Source: Candidatus Bathyarchaeota archaeon
GTDB lineage: Archaea; Thermoproteota; Bathyarchaeia; Bathyarchaeales; Bathycorpusculaceae
NCBI GenBank assembly: GCA_963775685.1
Contig: CAVZJV010000011.1
Coordinates: 1 to 64,000, forward strand
DNA length: 64,000 nt
Direction: 5' to 3'
Position 1 is the stretch's first letter, and each line of letters opens with the position of its first letter. Below are positions 37,808 to 47,478 of this stretch, one piece after another. The position numbers and the translations under genes are program-made. Under the pieces are notes generated by a model. That model had not been told where the DNA came from and did not search any database. It was given only the letters and a program-made list of their open reading frames with translations.

Positions 37808-38107
37808 CTAATAACCGCTCGCTCTTAAGCACTTTTCGAATCTGTCGTCATATCTTTTACTGAAAAAAGCTGCATTAAGTACTAGCTTGTTCCTGATTAT
37901 TTCGATTTGTTCTGGTGTGAATACTTCTTCTTGGCATGCTGGGCATCTGAGCGCTTTCACGTTATGCAAGATAACGCTATTAAATTCCAAGTCAAATTCC
38001 ACTTCAATGAATTCGATACAGCAAGAAGGGCAAAGCAAGGCGTTTGCTTTTGTGGCAGTTGGTTTATTGGGTGAATTTTTTTCCAAGTTCTTCTGCCCAA
38101 GCTTCAA
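37808..38107 (-). CDS. YgiT/MqsA-type zinc-finger protein
   Basis: CPSC...VILHNVKALRCPACQEEVFTPE; start uncertain. Confidence 0.65.
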   Translation of the reverse strand: MKLGQKNLEKNSPNKPTATKANALLCPSCCIEFIEVEFDLEFNSVILHNVKALRCPACQEEVFTPEQIEIIRNKLVLNAAFFSKRYDDRFEKCLRASGY

Positions 38108-38537
38108 CTTTAGCCAAATCGGTGTTATCTACCATGGTTTTTCTGAAGTATCTTATGCGTCCGCCGAAAGCTTCTGTGCTTACCGGATTAATTTTTGGGT
38201 ATTTGGTTAATGTTTTTTCTACAAATTTGGTTTTTGCGTTCTCGTAGCTTCCAGGGGTTCCCGCCCAGGAGGAGGAAACAAAGAAAGCTACCTTCTTACC
38301 TGTTAAATCGTTCTCCAAAAACTTTAACACTTTACCGTAAACTTTTCCTCCCCTCACACCACCGCCAATTATAATGTTTTGGTACACTGATAGGTCAGGG
38401 TGCTTCTGCTTTTTGATGTCAACCAAATCGACTTCGAATCGAAACTTTGAGCGTAGGGTTTCCGCTATTTTCATAGCAGCCTCCTTAGTAGCTCCGCCTT
38501 TACTGAAATACGCGATAAGCGTCTTTCCTGTGCTCAT
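38064..38537 (-). CDS. Flavodoxin-domain (HemG-like) protein
   Basis: LIAYFSKGGATKEAA, IIIGGGV, KKVAFF, AFGGRI, VEAWAEEL. Confidence 0.85.
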   Translation of the reverse strand: MSTGKTLIAYFSKGGATKEAAMKIAETLRSKFRFEVDLVDIKKQKHPDLSVYQNIIIGGGVRGGKVYGKVLKFLENDLTGKKVAFFVSSSWAGTPGSYENAKTKFVEKTLTKYPKINPVSTEAFGGRIRYFRKTMVDNTDLAKVEAWAEELGKKFTQ

Positions 38538-38541
38538 CTTT

Positions 38542-38907
38542 TCAGGTGCTTCCCGAAGGCTCTTTCGAGGACGTTACCTTTCCGCCGCAGTTGTGACAAA
38601 AAACCGCGCCAGAAACATTCTTTGTCCCGCAGATAGAACATATGACTGTTCCTTGGGGGTTGGAGGTGGTTTTTTGTTGAACGTTTTCGCTGACTTTCTT
38701 AAATGCTGCTTGAGTTTCTTTGGCCGCTATTGTGAATGCTTTTTCAAGTTCAAGTCCCACTTGGTAGAAGGCATCCCTTAATTCATCAGAGGGGTACATC
38801 GCTTTTGCAGTTTTGCCTTTTTGGGTTTTCGTTCCACATTTGAAACAGAAATATGCGTTGTCATCTATTTTTGTGCCGCAGTTAGAGCAGTAAACCATTT
38901 TTTTCAC
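38542..38907 (-). CDS. Double zinc-ribbon protein
   Basis: YCSNCG...FCFKCG and CSICG...FCHNCG. Confidence 0.8.
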   Translation of the reverse strand: MKKMVYCSNCGTKIDDNAYFCFKCGTKTQKGKTAKAMYPSDELRDAFYQVGLELEKAFTIAAKETQAAFKKVSENVQQKTTSNPQGTVICSICGTKNVSGAVFCHNCGGKVTSSKEPSGST

Positions 38908-38999
38908 TAGTAAGTATGCATGTGTGCTGTGAATTTAAGCCTTTACAAAAAATGAAGTTGAAGAAAAAACAAAAGAAAATTAATCGAAGACTAAAAAAG

Positions 39000-40361
39000 C
39001 TAATCTACAAGTTTTGCCCTTGCGTTCTCAATCAACTTGACCGTTTGCATGCGCCATGACTCAAACCCTTCAGGTGTTGTTGGATAAGTGTTGTAATGCG
39101 CACTAAGGCCTCTCATCATTGTAACCGTCAAGCGCAATCTGTTGAGGAATCCGACTCGGCGAAGACCTCGAAAGACTCGTTTAGCGGTTTCGGTGATGTT
39201 TAGGTGGAAGTCGTCGCCCATTCCTGCTTTGAGCACGTCGTCTTCGGTCATGAGTTTCTCGTTCATGCCGTAGTTTAGGTCTTCGTCGCTACAGGATAAA
39301 AGGAACATTTTGAAGATGTCTAAAGTGCCCTGTTTTTTGCCGTAAGTGTCGATGTATTTCTTGTTGTAGCCCCAGAGTGCTTCTTTGGTGGGTTCACCTT
39401 CGCTTAGGGCTTCAATGATTTGTCGTCCTGCAAAGTAGCCGCTTAGCATTGAGGGTCCGATGCCGCCACCGTGAATCGGGTTAACCAACGAGGCAGCGTC
39501 CCCAACTAACATTACGCCATTTGAAACCATGTTGTCTAGGGGTCTGCGGACTGGATCAAACCATGAGCCGGCAGTTAAGATTAAGGAGTCGTCAAAGATT
39601 GGTTTCTTGAAGGCGGTGCTGTAGAGTTGCTGTTTGGGGTTGGGGAAGTTTCCACGCATGCAGATGCCTAAGCCCACGTTGACTCGGGCGCCGCCTTTGG
39701 GGAAAATCCATATGTAACCGCCCGGTGACGCTTTTTGGTTAAGATAGATCTCACAGAAGCGGGTGTTTTCGGTTTCCTGTTTGAGTTGGCGGATTTCTCG
39801 GTAGCATGCTTCAACATCTTGGTTTGCTATGTCGCGATCTATGCCCAACTCGGCTGGTAACTGTTTACGTACCATGCCCAAATAGCCGCTGGCGTCAACC
39901 ACAACCTTGCTGCGAATCTCAGAGACTTTGCCTGTCTTCATGTTCTTTGCATTGATTCCTACAACTGCATTTTTCTCAAGTATGGGTGAACGGAAGTTCA
40001 TGTTATCCTGAAGGAAGGCGCCTTTGTCGGTGGCTTTTTTGAGGAGCCACTGCCCAAATAGGCGTCTATTAAGCAAGTAGCCAATGAAGTCTTTGTCGGC
40101 GATTGTGAAAACTGTGTTTTCGTCTGGGCTGTAGATTTTGATGCCATCGATTTTGGCTTCTAACTCGCCACCTGTAGGCTTCTCAAGGTTCAAGAATTTT
40201 AAGTGGTGCTCTCCTAGGGCGTCGCCGCAGATTTTTTCTCCGATTTCTTCACGCTGCTTCTTTTCAATTAAGCATACTTTTAAGCCTTTTTCAGCGATAG
40301 TTTTTGCTGCAAGGCAGCCTGCTGTTCCTGCGCCAACAACTATGACATCATATTTATCCAC
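39000..40361 (-). CDS. Geranylgeranyl reductase family flavoprotein (digeranylgeranylglycerophospholipid reductase)
   Basis: VVGAGTAG, KICGDA, PGGYIWIFPK, VGDAA..VNPIHGGGI. Confidence 0.88.
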   Translation of the reverse strand: MDKYDVIVVGAGTAGCLAAKTIAEKGLKVCLIEKKQREEIGEKICGDALGEHHLKFLNLEKPTGGELEAKIDGIKIYSPDENTVFTIADKDFIGYLLNRRLFGQWLLKKATDKGAFLQDNMNFRSPILEKNAVVGINAKNMKTGKVSEIRSKVVVDASGYLGMVRKQLPAELGIDRDIANQDVEACYREIRQLKQETENTRFCEIYLNQKASPGGYIWIFPKGGARVNVGLGICMRGNFPNPKQQLYSTAFKKPIFDDSLILTAGSWFDPVRRPLDNMVSNGVMLVGDAASLVNPIHGGGIGPSMLSGYFAGRQIIEALSEGEPTKEALWGYNKKYIDTYGKKQGTLDIFKMFLLSCSDEDLNYGMNEKLMTEDDVLKAGMGDDFHLNITETAKRVFRGLRRVGFLNRLRLTVTMMRGLSAHYNTYPTTPEGFESWRMQTVKLIENARAKLVD

Positions 40362-40460
40362 GAGTATACGTCCTCAAGATTACTTTACTTTGTATACTTT
40401 GTTGTATATGTAAAGCTTAATAAATGGTGAAGTGAGCAAAACCACACCGAGTGTAATCCC

Positions 40461-40889
40461 ATGAGTGCTCCCTTAACATTGAGCGCAGAATTCCGCAAAA
40501 TCGTTGAAGCCCGAATGAACCAGGTTCTTCGCGGCATAGAAGAAACCTTTAACGCAATCATTGAGAAACAGAAAATCACTCCAACCGAGCTCAAAAACGA
40601 ATTGGAGAGCCTTCAGGAGAGCTTCAACCTGCTTTTCCAGAAATGGAGCCTAGAAATTCTCTACACACTTATGCTTAAAGACACTATAGGCTTTGGAGGT
40701 ATAAGAAAAATCTTAGGTGTTAACTCACGAACCCTCTCGGACAAACTCAAAATGCTTCAAACACACGGTTACGCAAACCGAAAAGTCACTAATGGGCCAC
40801 CATTAAGAGTGGAGTATTCGTTGACTTCTAAGGGAAAAAACACCGTGCTGTTGGCTTTGCCGCTACTATACTATTCAAGTTCAGCCTAA
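40461..40889 (+). CDS. HxlR-family winged-helix regulator
   Basis: KWSLEIL, SRTLSDKLK, PPLRVEYSLTSKG. Confidence 0.88.
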   Translation: MSAPLTLSAEFRKIVEARMNQVLRGIEETFNAIIEKQKITPTELKNELESLQESFNLLFQKWSLEILYTLMLKDTIGFGGIRKILGVNSRTLSDKLKMLQTHGYANRKVTNGPPLRVEYSLTSKGKNTVLLALPLLYYSSSA

Positions 40890-41399
40890 TTATGGTTTTA
40901 GCACGTTTTTTCTAAACGTTTGCGGAAGACTCGTTGATTCTTTCACAGTTTCAAAAACCATGCAGGTCAGAGTCTTATCTAAACCTTTAATCAGCCTCAA
41001 CTTATCCACCACAAACTTGCCGACAGCGTCTACGTTTTCTGCACGCAACTTCACGAGTAAGTCCCAATCACCTGTGATTATATGGACTTCCTGCACTTCT
41101 GGGAAGCGGGCGATTTCTTCGGCAACTTGACGTTGGGAGACTGGGGGGTCGTCTTCGTTTTTCGCTCTGTAGGAGACAGCTGCTAGGATGAAGGCGGCGG
41201 TGCTAAGGTTGAGTTTTTCTGCTGAGAGGATGGCTCGGTATTGTTTTATTATTCCCATTTCTTCCATGCGTTTAGTTTTGGCGAAGACTGTTGTAATTGG
41301 GGTATTGATCTTTTTGGCGATTTGGTTAGCGGTAAGTTTGCTGTTTTCTTGGATAAGAGTTAGTATAGCGAGGTCTTTCTCGTCCAGTTTGATGCTCAT
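40890..41399 (-). CDS. Lrp/AsnC-family regulator
   Basis: LDEKDLAIL..IQENS, ITGDWDLLVK. Confidence 0.9.
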   Translation of the reverse strand: MSIKLDEKDLAILTLIQENSKLTANQIAKKINTPITTVFAKTKRMEEMGIIKQYRAILSAEKLNLSTAAFILAAVSYRAKNEDDPPVSQRQVAEEIARFPEVQEVHIITGDWDLLVKLRAENVDAVGKFVVDKLRLIKGLDKTLTCMVFETVKESTSLPQTFRKNVLKP

Positions 41400-41484
41400 A
41401 TGTAAATATTGCAGGTTTCAGGTATAAAAGCTTGTATTAATTGTAAATTATCTATATTTTGTTATAAAAAATTTATTACCTGCC

Positions 41485-42489
41485 ATGCGCAGTGTACACA
41501 AAAACAAACTCACAGTGATTAAATTGCTAAAACAAGAAACAATAGAAATCCCAAAGCCGTTAGACCAGCTAACGGAAAAAGAAATAGAAAGAAAAGCCTG
41601 CATAGGCAAAGTTATGACTTACACACTCAAAAGCCTTTCAAACACTTTTGTAAACAAAGGTTTCCAATGGCTTCTACCCGTGGCACTTAGCCAAAGCACT
41701 GACCCACTCTGGCCAGACCCAGGCGCATCCATAGAAAAACGCATCGAAGTCGACATCTACGGTAAGCCTGTCCGGACCACAGCCAGCATGATTATCCACA
41801 AACTCGTCGCCGCCTCAACTGCCTATCCCAAACTGTTTATCCTTTCACCCAATATACGTATCGAAAAAGCTGAACGCGCAAAAACTGGCAAGCACATATA
41901 TGAGTTCACCCAACTAGACTTTGAAGCCAGAGATGCGTCCTCAAAAGAAATTTTCGCCTTGGTTGAAGAAGCCATGAACACCCTAGTCAAGGACTTGAAG
42001 CGTGAAATGAAAAGCGAATTAACTGCTCTATGTCGCTGCGACACCCTCAAAGCGCCAAAAGCACCATTCAAAATTTACGACCGCGTAGAATTAGAAGCTA
42101 AATATGGTGGAGACTGGGAAATAGGCATATCAAACGAAATAACTGAGCCAGTTTGGGTAACAAACATTCCCAGAGAATTCTATGACTTTGAAGACTTCAA
42201 GACGGGCAGATGGGACAACTACGATCTGTTCCTGCCGCAATTTGGAGAGGTCCTCTCAGGCGCCAAACGCGAATATGAATACAAAAAAATCCTGAGCAAG
42301 ATTGAGCGCGACCAAGTTAAGAAAGAAAACTACACACTCGTACTCAAAATGGCAAAAGAAGGCAGACTAAAACCCACCGCAGGCGGAGGCATAGGTATGG
42401 AACGTTTAGTCGGCTGGCTTGCAGGCGTCAAACATATCGGCGAATGTCAACCGTTCCCACGTGTTCCCGGAACAGTAAACGAGCTCTAA
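41485..42489 (+). CDS. asnA: Archaeal asparagine synthetase A (AsnRS catalytic-domain paralog)
   Basis: TDPLWPD, SMIIHK, SPNIRIE, EFTQLDFE, GEVLSG..REYEY, GGGIGMERL; no anticodon-binding domain. Confidence 0.88.
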   Translation: MRSVHKNKLTVIKLLKQETIEIPKPLDQLTEKEIERKACIGKVMTYTLKSLSNTFVNKGFQWLLPVALSQSTDPLWPDPGASIEKRIEVDIYGKPVRTTASMIIHKLVAASTAYPKLFILSPNIRIEKAERAKTGKHIYEFTQLDFEARDASSKEIFALVEEAMNTLVKDLKREMKSELTALCRCDTLKAPKAPFKIYDRVELEAKYGGDWEIGISNEITEPVWVTNIPREFYDFEDFKTGRWDNYDLFLPQFGEVLSGAKREYEYKKILSKIERDQVKKENYTLVLKMAKEGRLKPTAGGGIGMERLVGWLAGVKHIGECQPFPRVPGTVNEL

Positions 42490-42502
42490 GGAAAACAACC
42501 CT

Positions 42503-44398
42503 ATGAATCCATACCTTGAAGCACTACAATCCAAACTGAGTTTAGCAGACTTCCAGAAGTTAAGCGCCATCGACAACCCAAACGTACACGAATTCATCGC
42601 TAAAGAAAGCGACCTTTGTCACCCCGAAAAAATTTTCATATGCAGCGACTCCGCAGAAGACATTGCTTACGTGAGGAAACAAGCAATCGCATCAGGTGAA
42701 GAAGAAGCCATACTAACAATACCTGGGCACACCGTTCACTTTGACGGCGAACAAGATCAAGGACGCGACCGCCAAGCAACCAAATATCTTGTACCCAAAG
42801 GTCTGGGCTTAAGCAAAGCCCTAAACCAGATAGACCGACAAGAAGGTCTGTCAGAAGTTCGCGGCTTTCTGCGGGACTCCATGGTGGCCAAAACCATGAT
42901 TGTCCGATTCATCGCCCTTGGACCCGCAGATTCTATATTCACCATTTTAGGTTTACAAGCCACCGACTCATGGTACGTGGCCCACTCTGAATCACTTCTT
43001 TATCGACCAGGCTACGAACAATTTGTTAAGGCAGGACCAAAAAGTGACTTTCTCCGGGTTTTGCACTCTGCAGGAAAACTTAGCGGCGACATGGTGAGTG
43101 TAGATTTCGCTAAAAAACGCATCTACATCGATCATATGGATAACACCATCTACAGTGTTAACACCCAATACGCCGGCAACTCGGTAGGCTTCAAAAAACT
43201 TGCCTTCCGACTTGCAATCCGCAAAGCAAGCAGCGAAGGTTGGCTAGCCGAACACATGCTGCTCATGGGTGTGTTTGGTCCAGGTGGACGCAAAACCTAT
43301 TTTGCAGGTGCATTCCCTAGTGCATGCGGCAAAACCTCAACCGCTATGCTGCCTGGCGAAACCATTCTTGGCGACGACATCGCTTACATCCGAGAAATTG
43401 ACTCCGCAGCCCGCGCAGTAAACGTTGAGTCAGGCATCTTCGGCATCATACAAGACGTAAACCCCAAAGACGACGCCTTAATCTGGAAAGTGCTAACTAA
43501 TCCAGGCGAAATCGTGTTCTCTAACATTCTTGTGAAAGACGGCAAACCTTACTGGCTAGGCATGGGACAGGAACTTCCAAAAGATGGTTGCAACTACACT
43601 GGAACATGGTATGAAGGCAAAAAAGACGAAAACGGCAATGACATTCCTGTAGCAAACAAGAACGCCCGTTATGCAGTGGCTCTAAAAGCATTGGAGAACG
43701 TTGACCCTGAACTTGAGAATCCTAACGGTATAGAACTCGGCGGCATAATGTATGGTGGACGAGACGTCAAAGCTTACGTGCCTGTTCAGCAAAGCTTCAG
43801 CTGGGACCACGGTATAGTTGCTTATGGTGCATCTTTGGAAACAGAAACCACTTTTGCAACCATCGGCAAAGAAGGTGTTCCCGAAATTAACATGATGAGC
43901 ATCCAAGACTTCATCTCCATCCCAATGGGCAAAAACGTCCACAATAACTTGGACTTCGGACGAAAACTCAAACGTCAACCCATAGTTTTTGGCGTTAACT
44001 ACTTCCTTAAAGAAGTCGGTAACGGCAAATACCTTAACAGTCCACAGGACAAGCATGTTTGGATAAAATGGATGGAACTACGAGTCCACAACGAAATCGG
44101 TGCCCTAAAAACACCAACAGGGTACATTCCAAAATACGAAGACCTCCGCAAACTCTTCAAGCAAGTGCTCTGCAAAAACTACGTTAAAGAAGACTATATC
44201 AAACAATTCACAATACGTGTACCAGAAAACCTAGCAAAAATCGAAAGAGTTCATCGGTTCTACCAAGAAAATGTCACGGATACCCCGCTGGAAATGTTTG
44301 GTTTACTCTATCTACAGCGCCAACGCCTAATCGATGCCAAGACAAAGTATGGCGAATATATTTCGCCTGAAAACTTTGAAAAAGAAGCAGAGGCATAA
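42503..44398 (+). CDS. pckG: GTP-dependent phosphoenolpyruvate carboxykinase
   Basis: YAGNSVG.KK, GWLAEHM, AFPSACGKTS, GDDIAY, NARY, YGGRD. Confidence 0.93.
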   Translation: MNPYLEALQSKLSLADFQKLSAIDNPNVHEFIAKESDLCHPEKIFICSDSAEDIAYVRKQAIASGEEEAILTIPGHTVHFDGEQDQGRDRQATKYLVPKGLGLSKALNQIDRQEGLSEVRGFLRDSMVAKTMIVRFIALGPADSIFTILGLQATDSWYVAHSESLLYRPGYEQFVKAGPKSDFLRVLHSAGKLSGDMVSVDFAKKRIYIDHMDNTIYSVNTQYAGNSVGFKKLAFRLAIRKASSEGWLAEHMLLMGVFGPGGRKTYFAGAFPSACGKTSTAMLPGETILGDDIAYIREIDSAARAVNVESGIFGIIQDVNPKDDALIWKVLTNPGEIVFSNILVKDGKPYWLGMGQELPKDGCNYTGTWYEGKKDENGNDIPVANKNARYAVALKALENVDPELENPNGIELGGIMYGGRDVKAYVPVQQSFSWDHGIVAYGASLETETTFATIGKEGVPEINMMSIQDFISIPMGKNVHNNLDFGRKLKRQPIVFGVNYFLKEVGNGKYLNSPQDKHVWIKWMELRVHNEIGALKTPTGYIPKYEDLRKLFKQVLCKNYVKEDYIKQFTIRVPENLAKIERVHRFYQENVTDTPLEMFGLLYLQRQRLIDAKTKYGEYISPENFEKEAEA

Positions 44399-44542
44399 AA
44401 CAAAAAGCGATGAATCCACCCATATTTTTCCTTTTTTTGCGTCAACCTTTTAAATGGATTCCACATACTGAATAGAAATTCATAATCGTTAATTAATAAA
44501 AACGGTCAATGAAAAATAAAGAAAAAAACTGAGTGAAGGTAT

Positions 44543-44791
44543 ATGATGATGAAAAAGCTGGACAAAAAAGGTTTGACGTACACGATAAACATGGCAACAC
44601 TCGAAGGCGACGGCTCATTCCAATGTCCCAAATGCGGAAAGTCCATTTCGCCCGACGATAACTCAGAAGACAACTATGAAATCTTGGATACTAAATGCGT
44701 CAACGACGAGCTTGCCGAGTTAGTCATCAGTTGCGCCAAATGCAAAAGTACCATAAAACTTACTGGCTTTCAAGAAGGCTTACACGATTAG
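44543..44791 (+). CDS. Small zinc-ribbon protein
   Basis: GDGSFQCPKCG..ISPDD...CAKCKS. Confidence 0.7.
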   Translation: MMMKKLDKKGLTYTINMATLEGDGSFQCPKCGKSISPDDNSEDNYEILDTKCVNDELAELVISCAKCKSTIKLTGFQEGLHD

Positions 44792-44918
44792 AGTTTAAGT
44801 TTTAACTAAACTTAAGTTTATAAGTAAATTTTGTTATATAGCTGAAAGTTGTAATTATCAATTCTTGAGAAAGGCAAATACTTTATTTCAACTTCAGCAT
44901 ATTTTATCATCGATTAGA

Positions 44919-45539
44919 ATGCTTGTTGAAACGTTTACCGTTGGCATGTTATCAACCAACTGTTATGTGGCGAGTTGCCCCAATACAAAAGAGGCGATAG
45001 TTATTGACCCGGGACTGGACTATTCTTCCGAGGCTCAGCCAATCTATGAATACATAGAGGAAGCCAAGTTAAAAGTCAAATTTATCGTCAACACACATGG
45101 ACACCCAGACCACGTCAAAGGTGACACTGCCTTCCAAGAAAAATACAATGTTCCAATATGCATTCACTCACTTGATGCCCATTTCATTGAAAGCCTTGAA
45201 AATGCCAAGACTTTAACAATCATCTTAGATGAAGGCAGTCTGCTCCAGTGTGGTAACGAGACACTCAAAGTAATGAATACTCCCGGACACACCCCAGGCA
45301 GCATATGCCTTCTTGGAAAACAACTCGTTTTCACAGGCGACACGTTGTTTGCTGGTGGAATCGGCAGAACCGATTTCCCAGGCGGCTCAATGAGCGACAT
45401 GGGGAGATCTTTGCAAAAACTAACTATTTTGCCTGACTACCTTTTGGTGTATCCTGGGCATGGTGAAACTACAATGATTGGGGAAGAAAAAAGAACCAAC
45501 CCTTTTTTGAACAATAGACGTGAGAATATACTTTTCTAA
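44919..45539 (+). CDS. MBL-fold metallo-hydrolase (glyoxalase II-like)
   Basis: TNCY, IDPG, THGHPDH, TPGHTPGS, FTGDTLF, PGHG. Confidence 0.92.
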   Translation: MLVETFTVGMLSTNCYVASCPNTKEAIVIDPGLDYSSEAQPIYEYIEEAKLKVKFIVNTHGHPDHVKGDTAFQEKYNVPICIHSLDAHFIESLENAKTLTIILDEGSLLQCGNETLKVMNTPGHTPGSICLLGKQLVFTGDTLFAGGIGRTDFPGGSMSDMGRSLQKLTILPDYLLVYPGHGETTMIGEEKRTNPFLNNRRENILF

Positions 45540-46531
45540 TTAAGCGTTTGGCGGTTTTGGCTTAGTTCCTGCAGAGCTCGCAACCTTTTGATTATGTTAG
45601 GATGGGTTGAGAAGATTTCGGCGAAATTGTCCGCGGATGTTGGCTGTTTTGTAAGTGCTTCTCTTAACAAGTCTTGCTTGTTTGTAATACGGTTAGCTTT
45701 TAATTCCGCTGCGTCTGCAGTTGCCCGTTCAGGATCAGCTATGAAGAGGGCTTTGTAGGAGCTGTTGCTTTTCTGTTTGTCTTTTTGTTGTTTAGTTGGA
45801 TTTTTGCTTTCTTGTACGATTGTAACTAGACTCGTGGAGAGTTTTTGTGCACCATTTTCAACGATTTGGGCGCTGTGTCTGTCAGCATAGAATTCACGTA
45901 GACGGCTTAGGTACAGCGTGAATAATGTCAGCACCCATGAGAAAGCCATGAAGGCAATACCGAATAATGCATTGTTTCCGTCGCCTCCATTTTTGCGTTC
46001 TCCGCCGCCGAACATTCCTGATAGCATCAGTGAGTAGCCAATGTAGTAGAACAGTGCCGGCAAAAACGAAACCACCATCATGACCTGTACGTCACGATGT
46101 TTGAGGTGGCCAAGTTCGTGTCCTAAGACGGCTTCAACTTCTCCGTCATCAAGATTGTTTAAAAGCCCTTGAGTTACCGCCACCCGGCTTCCTGTTAAAG
46201 GTGAACCATAGGCGAATGCATTGGGCAGTGGAATTTGGGATAACATGAGTTTTGGCGAAGATATTCCGCTTTTCCGGCTTAAATCTAAGACCATCTGGTG
46301 CACTTGAAGGTTTTCATTTTGAGGCATTTCTTTAACTTTGTAGATCCATCCTACAAGGTAAGGTGACATTAACCATTGAGCTATGTTGAGAACTACCACA
46401 AATATTCCAATGGCATACAAGCTTAATCCTATTCCAGCCCAAGTTAAAAGAACTGCAAATACAAGTGTAGTTAAACCAAATATTACGGCCAAGGTTGCAG
46501 CCATAGAAACTTGAAGTTTCCAAGCGTTCAT
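45536..46531 (-). CDS. htpX: Zinc metalloprotease HtpX
   Basis: PNAFAYG, HELGH, SRLREFYAD, FSTHP. Confidence 0.92.
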   Translation of the reverse strand: MNAWKLQVSMAATLAVIFGLTTLVFAVLLTWAGIGLSLYAIGIFVVVLNIAQWLMSPYLVGWIYKVKEMPQNENLQVHQMVLDLSRKSGISSPKLMLSQIPLPNAFAYGSPLTGSRVAVTQGLLNNLDDGEVEAVLGHELGHLKHRDVQVMMVVSFLPALFYYIGYSLMLSGMFGGGERKNGGDGNNALFGIAFMAFSWVLTLFTLYLSRLREFYADRHSAQIVENGAQKLSTSLVTIVQESKNPTKQQKDKQKSNSSYKALFIADPERATADAAELKANRITNKQDLLREALTKQPTSADNFAEIFSTHPNIIKRLRALQELSQNRQTLN

Positions 46532-46629
46532 TTTTCTTCACGGTCTGATTCTTCCTTGTTTCTTTCTAGGCGCTTATAACTTTTGTGCGATAAACCATGA
46601 TAATCATCCTTACAGGACGGCACCAAAAA

Positions 46630-47391
46630 TCATTCTGCAACGGCCACAAAGATAAGTCGCGCAGAGTTCGCGCTGAAGCTTTCCATTTCATAACCACCAA
46701 AAATCCGATTAACCCCAAAACTAGCGTTCTCTAGCAAACGCTTCAGTTCACACATCCCATACAAGCGAACTTTGTGCTCAAAAAACCTAACTTGTCCATC
46801 TTCCTTGTCGCGCATAATCCAAGAGTCACAAAGCCAATCATCAATATCGCTTATTGCTCGTTTTTGTTGAAAGAAAAAACTCGGATATTCTATCCACTTA
46901 GAGGAATTGTTTTTGTCTCTATTTTTGAGGGCTACTTCTTTTCGGTTAAAAACATCGATAACAAAAAAGCCCTCCTGAAACAACACTCTTCGCACTTCCC
47001 TCAAGCTAACCCTATCATCAACTGTTGAAGGCAGGTACCCAAAGCTTGTGTCCATGCTTATTGCAGCCACGAAAGTGCCCGTTTTGAAGGGCAAAAAACG
47101 CATATCACCCAAAACTGCCTCAACGCCCTTCGAACATTGCTTTGCAATTCTGAGAAGTTTTCGCGATGCATCCAATCCCACCATCCTATATCCATCAGCG
47201 TTTAGGGCAATCGAATGCCTTCCCGTTCCACAAGCAAGGTCTAAAATGTATCCTTTAGGCTTGAGGCAAGTTTTCAAGAATTGAATTTGCATTTCTGTTT
47301 TGTTCCTATCCGCTATCTCCGCCCAGTAAATGCCCATTTCATCGAAAACGTTTGCCGTTAGTTTCGCCTCGGTTTTTCTCAGCCAAATCAA
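46630..47391 (-). CDS. Class I SAM-dependent methyltransferase
   Basis: LDLACGTGRH, GDMRFLPF, TSFGY; start uncertain. Confidence 0.88.
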   Translation of the reverse strand: MIWLRKTEAKLTANVFDEMGIYWAEIADRNKTEMQIQFLKTCLKPKGYILDLACGTGRHSIALNADGYRMVGLDASRKLLRIAKQCSKGVEAVLGDMRFLPFKTGTFVAAISMDTSFGYLPSTVDDRVSLREVRRVLFQEGFFVIDVFNRKEVALKNRDKNNSSKWIEYPSFFFQQKRAISDIDDWLCDSWIMRDKEDGQVRFFEHKVRLYGMCELKRLLENASFGVNRIFGGYEMESFSANSARLIFVAVAE

Positions 47392-47478
47392 TTAAGCATT
47401 GGTGCGACAAAGATTTAGTGGTTTGGTTTTCGAGCCGCTTAAATATCCAACCTCGCATTTTCTAATCTGGAGACCCTT

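Noticed and set aside
41485-42489. Truncated asparaginyl-tRNA synthetase
   Set aside because: Lack of an anticodon domain and the TDPLWPD motif fit archaeal AsnA
47355-47391. ACG start after GAGGCGA for the methyltransferase
   Set aside because: In-frame TTG and ATG alternatives exist, so the evidence is too weak
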